Positions 27,547-37,406 of a DNA stretch of 64,000 bases are shown here, piece by piece (position 1 is the first letter of the stretch; each line of letters begins with the position of its first letter). The DNA comes from Acidimicrobiia bacterium (GTDB taxonomy: Bacteria; Actinomycetota; Acidimicrobiia; Spongiisociales; UBA5794): the NCBI GenBank assembly GCA_029939995.1, contig JAOZRW010000005.1, positions 8,730 to 72,729 on the forward strand. The letters run 5' to 3'. Under the pieces are notes generated by a model that saw only the letters and a program-made list of their open reading frames with translations, did no database searches and was not told the origin of the DNA. The position numbers and the translations under genes are program-made.

Positions 27547-28773
27547 ATGGCGAGATCCAGCGGAAGAACTTCGATCCCACAGCCCTTCGTGAAGAAGCGG
27601 AGAATCGGGCCGGGCAAACTCGTCTTCGGCATCGTCCTGCTGCTCGCGCTCATCGTCCTCGCCTTCTACGGATTCGGCGGCTGGTACTTCTCGAACGAGA
27701 TCTACTCGACCGCGTTCGAGGTACACCCGCCCACGGAACCCGAGTTCGACATCACACTCGACCGGAGCGAAGCCGATGCGATCGTCCTGCGCGGCGAACC
27801 CGATTCCGCCTACCTGACCGCCGACGGCGAGTTCGGCCTCGTCTCGGACATCGGCTCCAGCCTCATCGGAGGGATCGTCGGCGCCGAGACTTCGAACGGG
27901 ATCAGCATCGTCCGCAGGGCACGCATCGGCGATGAGCCGGTCCCGGCACCCGGCTCCCCCGTCCGGCTCGACCCGTTCGTATGGCCCGGGGATCCGGAAT
28001 CGGCGCTCGGGATCCGGTTCGAGGAGATCCAGTTCGACGTCGAGGGCGGCAGGGCGGATGCCTGGTACGTCGAGGGCCGATCCGACACGTGGATGATCTT
28101 CGTCCACGGCAAGGGCGCGTCGCGTCGCGAGGCGTTGCGCATGTTGCCGATCGCCGTCGAACGCGGCTACCACGCCATGGTGATCGACTACCGGAACGAC
28201 CCCGGAGCACCGGCCGACCCCTCGGGCACCTACCAGTACGGATTGACCGAGTGGAAGGACGTCGCCGCCGCGGCGCTCTACGCCCGCACGAGAGAGGGAC
28301 GGAACCTCATCTTCGTCGGGCTCTCGATGGGCGGCTCGAACGTGATGTCGTACCTCCTCGAGTCCCCGCTGAGGAACCAGACGGTCGCGGCCATCCTCGA
28401 CAGCCCGATGCTCGACTTCGACGCGACGGTCGATCACGGCGCGGAGCAGACCACGCTGCCGTTCACGTCGATCCCGCTTCCGGAGAGTCTCACCGCCGTC
28501 GCGAAGCAGATCGCCACCTGGCGTTTCGACATCGATTGGGAAGGGCTCGACTACGTGGAACGATGGCGGGATCTCCATACGCCGACCCTCATCATCCAGG
28601 GCACGGCGGATTCGACCATCCCGGTGGATCCCGCCCACGAGTTGGCGCGAATCCGACCCGACCTCGTGACGCTGGTGACGCCGTCCGGCATCGGGCACGT
28701 CGTCTCGTGGAACGCCGACCCCGACGCCTACGACACGCTCGTGAACTCGTTCCTCGACGGTCTCGGCGTCTGA
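27547..28773 (+). CDS. Membrane-anchored alpha/beta hydrolase
   Basis: N-terminal TM helix; core IFVHGKG...HAMVIDYRN...VGLSMGGS (GxSxG nucleophile elbow), downstream Asp/His. Confidence 0.7.
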   Translation: MARSSGRTSIPQPFVKKRRIGPGKLVFGIVLLLALIVLAFYGFGGWYFSNEIYSTAFEVHPPTEPEFDITLDRSEADAIVLRGEPDSAYLTADGEFGLVSDIGSSLIGGIVGAETSNGISIVRRARIGDEPVPAPGSPVRLDPFVWPGDPESALGIRFEEIQFDVEGGRADAWYVEGRSDTWMIFVHGKGASRREALRMLPIAVERGYHAMVIDYRNDPGAPADPSGTYQYGLTEWKDVAAAALYARTREGRNLIFVGLSMGGSNVMSYLLESPLRNQTVAAILDSPMLDFDATVDHGAEQTTLPFTSIPLPESLTAVAKQIATWRFDIDWEGLDYVERWRDLHTPTLIIQGTADSTIPVDPAHELARIRPDLVTLVTPSGIGHVVSWNADPDAYDTLVNSFLDGLGV

Positions 28774-28810
28774 GGATCCGACGACCGGCGACCCGCGCCG
28801 GGCACCAGGG

Positions 28811-30082
28811 TCAGCGCTTTCGCACCAGCCAGAGATCGGCGACGTTCGTCCCGGTCGGTCCGGTGACGATCAGGTCCCCGGTCGCGGAGAGATACGGGTA
28901 GGCGTCGTTGTCGTCCAGGGCCTCCCCGGCGTCGAGGCCGAGGGCCCGTCCCCTGCGGACCGTCTCACCGTCCACGATGCCGCCGGCGGCGTCCGTCGGA
29001 CCGTCGATCCCGTCGGTGCCCGCGGCGAGGAACGTGACGTCGCGCCCTTCGATCTCGATGGCCGCGGCGAGTGCCGCTTCCTGATTCCGACCGCCCCTCC
29101 CCGAACCGGTCACCGTGACGGTCGTCTCACCGGCGAATATCTGCACTTCGCCCCGCTCCCCGCCTCCCGCAGCCGCCGCGGATGCGGCCGCTCTCGCCTC
29201 CCCCGCGAGCCGGGTCGTGACGATGCGCCCGGCCACGCCGCGAGACCGGAGGAACGCTGCTGCAGCCGCTGCCGCGACCGCCCCGCTTCCGATGATCTCG
29301 ATCTCATGGTGCGGATGCGGTCGTTTCGGCGTCTCCGGCACGGATCCTCGCAACCCGCTCTCGAGATGGGACACGACGGAGCCGGGGAGCCTCCCCTGCA
29401 GGTCGTAGCGGGCCACGACACCGAGAGCGTCGTCGAACGTCGTCGGGTCGGGAACCGTCGGCCCCGAAGCGATGACGTCGAGAGGGTCGCCGACGACGTC
29501 CGACAGCACGAGCGTGACGAGGTGGGCACGGCTCGCCGCCGCCGCCAGGCCGCCGCCCTTGATCCGGGACAGGTGCTTCCTCACGGTGTTCGTCTCCACG
29601 ATGTCCGCGCCACACGCGAGCAGCGCCCGGTTCGTCTCCCGGAGGTCGGAGAGCGTGACGCCGTCGACCGGTGCCGCCAGGAGGGCGGACGCTCCACCGG
29701 AGATGAGACACACGACCGTGTCCCCGGGTTCGGCAGACGACGCGATCTCGAGGGCCCGCGTCGCCCCGGCGACGCTCCCCTCGTCGGGAACGGGATGTCC
29801 ACCGACGATCACGGGGATGGAGCACTCCCCTGATGCAGGCGCAACGACGATGCCTCGGTCGACACGCCCGGCGTCGACCAGGCCTCCGGTCATCGCGAGA
29901 GCCGCCTTGCCGGCCGCGACGACGAGCACCCGCCCCCGGGACCCGATCGACGGTCGCCGCGCGGCCGCGGCCGTCGCGACGCGAGGATCGACGGCATCGA
30001 CGGCTGCGAGAAACGCATCGAGGAGGAGGGAGCGGTCGCCCATGGCTCCAGTATCGATCACGCGGTGCACGGCGCCCGTCAT
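28811..30082 (-). CDS. Glycerate kinase, MOFRL family (glycerate 2-kinase / TtuD-like)
   Basis: VLVVAAGKAALAM ... VVCLISGGASALL ... FLAAGTDGIDGPTDAAG ... signatures of MOFRL glycerate kinases. Confidence 0.8.
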   Translation of the reverse strand: MTGAVHRVIDTGAMGDRSLLLDAFLAAVDAVDPRVATAAAARRPSIGSRGRVLVVAAGKAALAMTGGLVDAGRVDRGIVVAPASGECSIPVIVGGHPVPDEGSVAGATRALEIASSAEPGDTVVCLISGGASALLAAPVDGVTLSDLRETNRALLACGADIVETNTVRKHLSRIKGGGLAAAASRAHLVTLVLSDVVGDPLDVIASGPTVPDPTTFDDALGVVARYDLQGRLPGSVVSHLESGLRGSVPETPKRPHPHHEIEIIGSGAVAAAAAAAFLRSRGVAGRIVTTRLAGEARAAASAAAAGGGERGEVQIFAGETTVTVTGSGRGGRNQEAALAAAIEIEGRDVTFLAAGTDGIDGPTDAAGGIVDGETVRRGRALGLDAGEALDDNDAYPYLSATGDLIVTGPTGTNVADLWLVRKR

Positions 30083-30130
30083 TTTCCTCCCGCGCCCACC
30101 CGCCGCCGGCGATCGGTCGCCCGCAGCGAT

Positions 30131-31468
30131 CTACGTCGACGGGAGTTCGAAACCGACGGTCGCACCGCCGCCATCGGTGGATTCGACGAACACCGCCCCA
30201 CCGTGGGCGTCCACCACTTGCTTCACGATCGAGAGCCCCAGACCCGAGCCCGGCGTCGATCGTGCAGACGGCGAGCGGTAGAAGCGGTCGAAGATGCGCT
30301 CACGGTCCGATTCGTCGATCCCCGGGCCGTGATCGCGAACCGACACGCGGCCGTTCTTCACGGTGACGTCGACCGTCCCCCCATCCGCTCCCCACTTCAC
30401 GGCGTTGTCGAACAAGTTGTCGATCGCGCGGGTCAGAGCGGACGACCGTCCCCGGACCGGCGTCGGCTCGGCATCGACACGAACCTGGACGTCGGTACGC
30501 CGCTCGGCGCGTTCGGCGCACGCCTCGACGATCTCGTCGAGCATCAGATCCTCCAGAGGCTCCTCCGCATACCGGTCGGACGCGAGATCGACCACCTCGC
30601 CGACGAGAGCGGACAGCTCCTTCACTTCGGCTTCGGCGGCTTCGATGAGCTCCGCACGCTGCTCGTCGCTGTAGCTGCTTGCCCGTCCGAGCAACTCGAT
30701 GTTGGTCCGCAGCGCCGTGAGCGGTGTGCGCAGCTCGTGGCCCGCGTCCCGGACGAGACGCTGCTGCTGATCCCGGCTCTGCTCCAGGGCCGCCAGCATC
30801 GCGTTGAACCGCGCCGCCAACCTGCCGACCTCGTCGTTCGTCACGATGTCGATCCGCGCTTCGAGATCCTGGGTCTCCGCGACGTGCTCAGCGGCCTCAG
30901 CCAGATCGTCGATCGGTTTGAGAGCGCTCCTCGCGACGAGCAGTCCCGCCAAGGCGGCCAGCAGCACCCCGACGAGGCCGAACACCAGCAGCGCGACGGC
31001 GAGGCCGGCAAGCGTTGCATCCACTTCGGTGAGCGGCCGGGCGATCTGCACGACTCCGAGCAGATCGGAGCTGAACGCGATCATCCGCACGTGCACGCCG
31101 TCGACGTACACGTCCTCGAGCGACGGGTGCTCGACGGCGACGTCGGTGTCGACGATCGGGAGCGGCGGCTGGTCGGTCGGGACGAGCACCTCCCCCGTGG
31201 GCAGCGTCACCTGGTAGTAGACGGTGTCGAAGGTCGACCCGCGGCCTCCGAGCAGGCCGAGGGGCGGCCGCATCGGCCCGTCGGTGCCGAGGATCCCCTT
31301 CGGATCGTCCGCGAGACGCTGGATGACCACAGCCCGGTCGATGAGGCTCTCGTCGATGGAGGACCGCAGCTCCCGCCGCGCCGCGAGGAACGCTGCGGCG
31401 GAGACGAGGACGACGGCCACCGCCACCGCCACGGCGGCCACGAGCGCGATCCTCGTCCTCAGTTTCAC
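30131..31468 (-). CDS. Sensor histidine kinase (HAMP + HisKA + HATPase), MtrB/MprB-like
   Basis: Two TM segments, HAMP, H-box AGHELRTPLTAL, N/G boxes DNAVKW ... GLGLSIV. Confidence 0.85.
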   Translation of the reverse strand: MKLRTRIALVAAVAVAVAVVLVSAAAFLAARRELRSSIDESLIDRAVVIQRLADDPKGILGTDGPMRPPLGLLGGRGSTFDTVYYQVTLPTGEVLVPTDQPPLPIVDTDVAVEHPSLEDVYVDGVHVRMIAFSSDLLGVVQIARPLTEVDATLAGLAVALLVFGLVGVLLAALAGLLVARSALKPIDDLAEAAEHVAETQDLEARIDIVTNDEVGRLAARFNAMLAALEQSRDQQQRLVRDAGHELRTPLTALRTNIELLGRASSYSDEQRAELIEAAEAEVKELSALVGEVVDLASDRYAEEPLEDLMLDEIVEACAERAERRTDVQVRVDAEPTPVRGRSSALTRAIDNLFDNAVKWGADGGTVDVTVKNGRVSVRDHGPGIDESDRERIFDRFYRSPSARSTPGSGLGLSIVKQVVDAHGGAVFVESTDGGGATVGFELPST

Positions 31469-31487
31469 GACACGCTCCGGCGATCGC

Positions 31488-32171
31488 TCATGAGTCGTCG
31501 CGCAGCACGTAGCCGACCCCTCGAACCGTGTGGATCAGACGGGGCCGGCCGCCGGTCTCGGTCTTCCTCCGCAGGTACCCGACGTAGACGTCGAGCGAAT
31601 TGGAGGACGTCTCGAAGTCGAATCCCCACACGTCGCGGTAGATCTGGTCCCGGGTCACGACCCGATCCCCGGCTCGCATCAGCACCTCGAGAAGATCGAA
31701 CTCGGTCTTCGTCAACGGGATCGGCTCGCCGTCCCTCGTGACGATACGGGTGGCCCGATTCATCTCGAGATCGCCGAACGACAGGATCTCCGATACGTCA
31801 CCGCTCGCTCGTCGAAGCAGCGAGCGGATCCTCGCCAACAGTTCTTCGAGGGCGAAGGGCTTCACGAGATAGTCGTCGGCCCCCGCGTCGAGCCCGTCGA
31901 CCCGGTCGGACACCTCGCCGAGGGCCGTCAGCATCAGGATCGGCGTCTCGTCGCCCCGGGCCCGGAGGCGCCGGCACATCTCGAGACCGTCGACGAACGG
32001 CATCATCACGTCGAGCACGATCACGTCCGGCGGATTCTCGGAGACCGCCTCGAGACCCCGCCCCCCGTCTTCGGCGACGGAGACGTCGTACCCTTCGTAG
32101 GAGAGGGCACGCTGCAGGGCGGCCCGGACGTTCGGGTCGTCCTCGACGATCAATACGTTGGCGGGGTCCAT
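31488..32171 (-). CDS. OmpR-family response regulator
   Basis: Starts [13 protein letters not shown] (GGAGG RBS), receiver Asp in [10 protein letters not shown]-terminal winged helix ...TVRGVGYVL. Confidence 0.85.
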   Translation of the reverse strand: MDPANVLIVEDDPNVRAALQRALSYEGYDVSVAEDGGRGLEAVSENPPDVIVLDVMMPFVDGLEMCRRLRARGDETPILMLTALGEVSDRVDGLDAGADDYLVKPFALEELLARIRSLLRRASGDVSEILSFGDLEMNRATRIVTRDGEPIPLTKTEFDLLEVLMRAGDRVVTRDQIYRDVWGFDFETSSNSLDVYVGYLRRKTETGGRPRLIHTVRGVGYVLRDDS

Positions 32172-32379
32172 GGCTCCTCCTGCCCGGCACGATACGCCTG
32201 TCCCGTGAGAACGGCGTGAAGCGAAGATAAGAGCCTCCTGAGAGTGTGCGTCCACCGTGGGCGAGCGTCGCCCCCGGCGCTTCTCAGCAGGTTCTTAGGA
32301 GACGTACACACGAGATTCACACACGGCTGATTGACTATGGGGCAAGATTGAGATCCTTCCCCGATCACCGGAGGCCAAC

Positions 32380-32967
32380 ATGAAGTCCAAGATCGTCATC
32401 CCCCTGCTCCTCGCGTTCGGCCTGCTGGCTGCTGCATGCAGCAGCGGAGCCTCCGACACGGGTGTTGCATCGCTCGAAGGCGGAGATGCAGGCGTGCAGG
32501 CCCAAGAGGCCGACACGGCTTCCGTCTCACAGGAGGACGCCGTCATGGCGTTCACCGTCTGCCTCCGGGATGAGGGGCTCGACGTCGAGGACCCCGTCGT
32601 CGACGACCAGGGGAACCTGCGCCCGCCCCGGATCCGCGATCTGTCGGAAGTCGATCGGGAGAACGCCGGCGCCGCCTTCGAAGCATGCGCGTCGCACCTC
32701 GAAGGTGTGACCTTCGGAATCGAGTCCGAGGACCGCACCGAGCGGGAGGATGATCTTCTCGCCTTCGCGGCGTGCGCCAGGGAGAACGGATACGACATGC
32801 CCGACCCCGACTTCTCCAACGCCGGTACCCCCGGCTCCGGCCGCGGCGGGCCGTTCGCCGGGATCGACAAGGACGATCCCGCCTTCCAGGCTGCACTCCA
32901 GGCCTGCAGCGGCGTGTTCGGCGCGGGGAGCCCGATTCCCGGCACCGGCGGTGGAGGTCGGGGATGA
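32380..32967 (+). CDS. Lipoprotein of unknown function with four Cys-containing repeats (AFxxCxxxxG)
   Basis: Lipobox LLAAAC; repeats AFTVCLRDEGLDVEDP / AFEACASHLEG / AFAACARENGYDMPDP / AQACSGVFG. Confidence 0.55.
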   Translation: MKSKIVIPLLLAFGLLAAACSSGASDTGVASLEGGDAGVQAQEADTASVSQEDAVMAFTVCLRDEGLDVEDPVVDDQGNLRPPRIRDLSEVDRENAGAAFEACASHLEGVTFGIESEDRTEREDDLLAFAACARENGYDMPDPDFSNAGTPGSGRGGPFAGIDKDDPAFQAALQACSGVFGAGSPIPGTGGGGRG

Positions 32968-34556
32968 CCACCGAGACCGACGACACGACCGCCGATGACT
33001 CGACGAGCGGCGACGTCAACGCATCGAACCCGCCCGCCGATCCGGCTTCTTCCACGAAGCCGTGGTGGCGACGTGTCACGACGTGGGCCGTCGTCGTCGC
33101 CGTCGTCGTGTCCGGAGGGGTCGCCTTCTGGCTCCTGTCGAGCGACGACGCATCGACGACGGCCGACACGACCGAAACGCTGAACTTCGTCGAGGTCGAG
33201 CGGACGACGCTCGAGGACGTGACGACGCTCGACGGCACGCTCGGCTTCGTCGCAGGCGAGCCGCTGATCTACGCCGGCTCGCCCGACGGCATCGTGTCGA
33301 TCTCGGCGGGAGCGCCCGGCACCATCACCTGGCTCCCGGAAGCCGGCTCGACCATCGAGGAAGGAGGTGTGCTGTTCACCATCGACGAGCAGCCCGTCAT
33401 CGCCTTCTACGGAGAGATCCCGGCATACCGGACGCTCAGCACCCGGTCCTCCGACGGGAACGACGTGCTCCAGCTCGAAGAAGCCCTCACCCGCCTCGGA
33501 TACGACGAGGACGGGGACCTCAGCCTCGACGGTGACTTCACCTACGACACGAAGGCCGCCATCCAGGCGCTCCAGGAGGACCTCGGCATCGACGACACCG
33601 GTGTGCTCCAGCAGGGATCGTACGTGTTCGTCGACGGACCGGTGTTCGTAGCCGAGACCACCGTCGACGTCGGTTCGTCGGTGAACCCCGGCACGCCGGT
33701 GATCGCCACGTCGACGACGCCGTCGGGCACCGTCACCGCAGTCGCCGGCGAGGGCGACGTTCTCGACCACGGGGACACGATGTTCGCCCTCGAAGGCGAC
33801 CCCGTCACCTTGTTCGTCAGCGACGTCCCCTTCTACCGCACCCTGAGCGTCGGGTCCGCCGGCGACGACGTGCGCGTCCTCGAAGAGACGCTTTCGGAGT
33901 TCGGGTTCGACGCCGGCGGTGACCTCGCCGTCGACGGCACGTTCGACGATGCCACCAGGGAAGCGCTCGTCGCGTGGCAGCGGTCCAACGGGGCACCGGT
34001 GGACGGCGTCCTCAACATCGGCGAGGTGATGGTCACCGAAGACCCGATCCGCGTCGCTCAGACCCACATCAGCATCGGAAGCGCCGTCCAGCGGGGAACC
34101 CCGATCTTCACACCGTCGACGTCGACCTCGGTCGTGTCGGTCCGACTCCCGGCGGAGGACCAGGATCTTCTCGTTCTCGGAGACTCCGTCAACGTCGTGA
34201 TGCCGAACTCGGACGTGGAACCGGCCACGGTGACCTCCGTCGGGACGGTCGCCATCCGGAGCCAGGAGTTCGGAACCTACTTCGAAGTCGAGATCACGCT
34301 CGAGAGGCAGGGTGCCGCCACCGGCCTCGACGAAGCGCCGGTCGACGTCGAGGCGATCAACGATCGCGCCGAGAACGTCCTCGCCGTGCCCGTCACCGCG
34401 CTCCTCGCTCTCGCAGAGGGCGGTTACGCGGTCGAGGTCGACGACGGCAACGGCGGGACGACCCTCGTCGCCGTCGACGTCGGGATGTACGCGGACGGGT
34501 CGGTCGAGATCACGTCCGAGAACCTCGAGCCCGGCACCCGGGTGGTCGTACCGTGA
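32964..34556 (+). CDS. Efflux periplasmic adaptor (HlyD/MFP-like) carrying two peptidoglycan-binding (PG_binding_1) domains
   Basis: ATG overlaps the lipoprotein stop (ATGA); N-terminal TM anchor; two LxxLGYD...DGxFxxxTxxAxxAxQ PG-binding repeats; barrel/MP-domain-like C-terminus. Confidence 0.7.
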   Translation: MTTETDDTTADDSTSGDVNASNPPADPASSTKPWWRRVTTWAVVVAVVVSGGVAFWLLSSDDASTTADTTETLNFVEVERTTLEDVTTLDGTLGFVAGEPLIYAGSPDGIVSISAGAPGTITWLPEAGSTIEEGGVLFTIDEQPVIAFYGEIPAYRTLSTRSSDGNDVLQLEEALTRLGYDEDGDLSLDGDFTYDTKAAIQALQEDLGIDDTGVLQQGSYVFVDGPVFVAETTVDVGSSVNPGTPVIATSTTPSGTVTAVAGEGDVLDHGDTMFALEGDPVTLFVSDVPFYRTLSVGSAGDDVRVLEETLSEFGFDAGGDLAVDGTFDDATREALVAWQRSNGAPVDGVLNIGEVMVTEDPIRVAQTHISIGSAVQRGTPIFTPSTSTSVVSVRLPAEDQDLLVLGDSVNVVMPNSDVEPATVTSVGTVAIRSQEFGTYFEVEITLERQGAATGLDEAPVDVEAINDRAENVLAVPVTALLALAEGGYAVEVDDGNGGTTLVAVDVGMYADGSVEITSENLEPGTRVVVP

Positions 34557-34561
34557 GCACC

Positions 34562-35299
34562 ATGGGTTCCGTCGTCCCGGCGGTCGAGCCCGTCGACACG
34601 CGAACCGTGCTCGCCCTCGCCGGGGTGACGAAGACGTACCCCGGCACTCCCCCGGTTCATGCGCTGCGCGGCGTCGATCTCGCCATTCACTCCGGTGAGC
34701 TCGTCGCGATCGTCGGACCGTCCGGTTCCGGCAAGTCCACGCTGCTTCACGTGATCGGGACGCTCGACCGGGCGTCCACGGGGACGGTCTCCGTGGCCGG
34801 TTTCGACGTCGACGACCTCAACGACAAGCAGCTGTCGTCGCTTCGGTCTCGTCACATCGGGTTCGTGTTCCAGCAGTTCTTCCTCCTCGCCGGTGAGAGC
34901 GCCCTGGACAACGTCGCCGACGGGCTCCTCTACACGGGCATGGCGCTCAGCGATCGTCGCCTGCTCGCCGAAGAGGCGCTCGAGCAGGTGGGTCTCGCCT
35001 CGCGGATGAACCATGAAGCGACGAAGCTCTCCGGCGGCGAGCGGCAGCGGGTCGCGATCGCCAGGGCGCTGATCGGGACGCCCGACATCATCCTCGCCGA
35101 CGAACCGACGGGGAATCTGGACAGCAAGTCCGGCGAGGACGTCGTCCGGCTCATCGAGGATCTCAACACCCGCGGCACCACGATCGTCGTCATCACACAC
35201 GACCGGCAGATCGCCGCACGCTTTCCCCGGCGCGTCTCCCTGCTCGACGGCAGGATCATCGAAGACACCGGTGTCGTAGCCGGAGGCCCGGTCCGATGA
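34562..35299 (+). CDS. ABC transporter ATP-binding protein (MacB/LolD-type)
   Basis: Walker A GPSGSGKST, Q-loop, signature LSGGERQRVAIARAL, Walker B ILADEPTGNLD; in-frame GTG at 34553 would give a GTGA overlap with the adaptor stop. Confidence 0.9.
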   Translation: MGSVVPAVEPVDTRTVLALAGVTKTYPGTPPVHALRGVDLAIHSGELVAIVGPSGSGKSTLLHVIGTLDRASTGTVSVAGFDVDDLNDKQLSSLRSRHIGFVFQQFFLLAGESALDNVADGLLYTGMALSDRRLLAEEALEQVGLASRMNHEATKLSGGERQRVAIARALIGTPDIILADEPTGNLDSKSGEDVVRLIEDLNTRGTTIVVITHDRQIAARFPRRVSLLDGRIIEDTGVVAGGPVR

Positions 35300-36495
35300 A
35301 GGCTTCACTCGATCCGTCCCGGCTCGCACCGGCCGACATGTTCCGGGCCTCCCTCATCGGGCTCCGGACACGTCGCCTCCGGTCGATCCTGTCGGGGCTC
35401 GGCATCGTCATCGGGATCGCAGCGATGGTCGGCGTCCTCGGTCTCTCTGAATCCTCCAAGTCCGATCTGCTCGCCCAGCTCGATCAGCTCGGGACCAACA
35501 TGCTGCGCATCGAGGCCGGGTCGGGCATCGGGATCGGGACCGGTGAACTCCCCGACGAATCGGTTGCGATGGTCGGCCGCATCGCTCCGGTCGAGCAGGT
35601 CGCGTCCATCAGCGAAGTCGACGCGAGCGTGTACCGGAACGATCTCGTCCCCGCAGGCCAGACCGGAGGGATCACGGTCAAGGCCGTCGACACGAATCTC
35701 CTCGCGACGCTCCAGGGCCGGATGGCGTCCGGCGTCTTCCTCGACGAGGCGGCGAGCGATCTCCCCGTCGTCGTCCTCGGATCGGTCGCAGCGCAACGCC
35801 TCGGTGTCGCCGATGGATCGAGCGGCACCATCATCTGGCTCGGCGACGAGTGGTTCTCCGTCGTCGGCGTCATGGAGACGCTCGACCTGTCTCCCGACCT
35901 CGACCGCGCGGCGCTCGTGAGCTACCCGACGTCCGAGGCTTTCCTCGATCACGACGGCGTGCCGAGCACGATCTACGTGCGATCCGACCCGGACGACATC
36001 GACGCCGTCCGATCGGTCCTGCCCGCCACCGTCAACCCCGAGAGCCCGGATGAGGTCGAGGTCACACGCCCGTCCGACGCGCTCGAGGCCAAGGAAGCGG
36101 CCGATCAGGCCTTCACCAACCTCCTCCTCGGCCTCGGCGCCGTCGCGCTCCTGGTCGGCGGTGTCGGCATCGCGAACGTGATGGTCATCTCGGTTCTCGA
36201 ACGGCGCGGCGAGATCGGCTTGCGACGTGCCCTGGGCGCGACGAGGCGACACATCTCGATCCAGTTCCTCGGCGAGTCGCTCATCCTCGCGACCCTCGGA
36301 GGGCTCGGGGGCGTCGCTCTCGGGTCGGCGGTCACGGCCCTCTATGCGTGGTCGCAGGGATGGGGCGTCTTGATACCGACCGTCGCCGTCGTCGGAGGCA
36401 TGGCCGCTGCGCTCATCATCGGCGTGGTCGCCGGCCTGTATCCGGCGATGCGTGCCGCGCGGGTCAGCCCCACCGAAGCCCTCCGGACCCTGTAG
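35296..36495 (+). CDS. ABC transporter permease, MacB/FtsX family
   Basis: N-terminal TM, large periplasmic domain, C-terminal FtsX-type four-TM bundle; start overlaps the ATPase stop (ATGA). Confidence 0.85.
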   Translation: MKASLDPSRLAPADMFRASLIGLRTRRLRSILSGLGIVIGIAAMVGVLGLSESSKSDLLAQLDQLGTNMLRIEAGSGIGIGTGELPDESVAMVGRIAPVEQVASISEVDASVYRNDLVPAGQTGGITVKAVDTNLLATLQGRMASGVFLDEAASDLPVVVLGSVAAQRLGVADGSSGTIIWLGDEWFSVVGVMETLDLSPDLDRAALVSYPTSEAFLDHDGVPSTIYVRSDPDDIDAVRSVLPATVNPESPDEVEVTRPSDALEAKEAADQAFTNLLLGLGAVALLVGGVGIANVMVISVLERRGEIGLRRALGATRRHISIQFLGESLILATLGGLGGVALGSAVTALYAWSQGWGVLIPTVAVVGGMAAALIIGVVAGLYPAMRAARVSPTEALRTL

Positions 36496-36506
36496 CGTGC
36501 CACCCC

Positions 36507-37406
36507 GTGAGCTGGAACATCGAGGGCCGGACCGTGGTGGTCACCGGCGGCAATTCCGGGATCGGTTTCGCTACCGCATCCGAACTCGCCCGCCGGGGCG
36601 CAGACGTGATCCTCGCGACACGGGACCCGGACCGTGGGAGGGCGGCGGCTGATCGCATCAGAGACGAGATCGGCGGGACGGCCCGGTCGGAAACACTCGA
36701 TCTCGCGTCGTTCTCCTCGATCCGCTCGTTCGCCGATCGGCTCCTCGGACACGGCGGCGGGCCGGACGTCCTCATCAACAACGCCGGCGTCTTCATCGGC
36801 TCCGAACGGTTCGCCGCGGACGGCTTCGAGTGGACCATGCAGGTCAACCACCTCGGCCCGTTTCTCCTCACATGCCTTCTCGCGTCGCACCCCGGGACGA
36901 AGCCGGAACGCATCATCACCGTCGCATCGGAGATGCAGAAGAGGACGCGTCGAGACCCGGGCTTCGAACGGCTGACGATGCCCGGCCGGTACCGGGCCAC
37001 AGAGACCTACGCCCGATCGAAGCTGGCGAACGTCCTGTTCACCCGGGAGTTGGCCGCACGACTCGCCGGAACGGGGGCCGCGGCGTTCGCCGCCCACCCG
37101 GGCATGGTCGCCACGCGGATCGCCCAGGATGGAGACAGCCGCCTCGGCGCCCTCGTGTGGAAGGTCGCGGCCCGGCGGATGCGTACGCCGGAGGAGGGTG
37201 CGGCGACGCCGGTGTACCTGGCGACCGAACCCGGGATCGAGCATCTGAGCGGCGGCTACTTCGCGGATCGCCGGCTCATCGATCCGGGGATGGCCGGCAG
37301 CGACGACCGGGCAGCCGCCCGGCTCTGGAATCTGAGCGCGGCCGCCACCGGATGCGACGTCGGGCATCCCACCCCTGCCGACGGCGGTACGGTACGGCCG
37401 CGATGA
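36507..37406 (+). CDS. Short-chain dehydrogenase/reductase (retinol-dehydrogenase / WWOX-like SDR)
   Basis: TGGNSGIG Rossmann motif, NNAG, catalytic YxxxK in YARSK. Confidence 0.8.
   Translation: MSWNIEGRTVVVTGGNSGIGFATASELARRGADVILATRDPDRGRAAADRIRDEIGGTARSETLDLASFSSIRSFADRLLGHGGGPDVLINNAGVFIGSERFAADGFEWTMQVNHLGPFLLTCLLASHPGTKPERIITVASEMQKRTRRDPGFERLTMPGRYRATETYARSKLANVLFTRELAARLAGTGAAAFAAHPGMVATRIAQDGDSRLGALVWKVAARRMRTPEEGAATPVYLATEPGIEHLSGGYFADRRLIDPGMAGSDDRAAARLWNLSAAATGCDVGHPTPADGGTVRPR

Noticed and set aside
26866-28698. 610-aa minus-strand ORF
   Set aside because: Runs antisense across panD, the lipocalin-like gene and the alpha/beta hydrolase, all of which have recognisable motifs on the plus strand.
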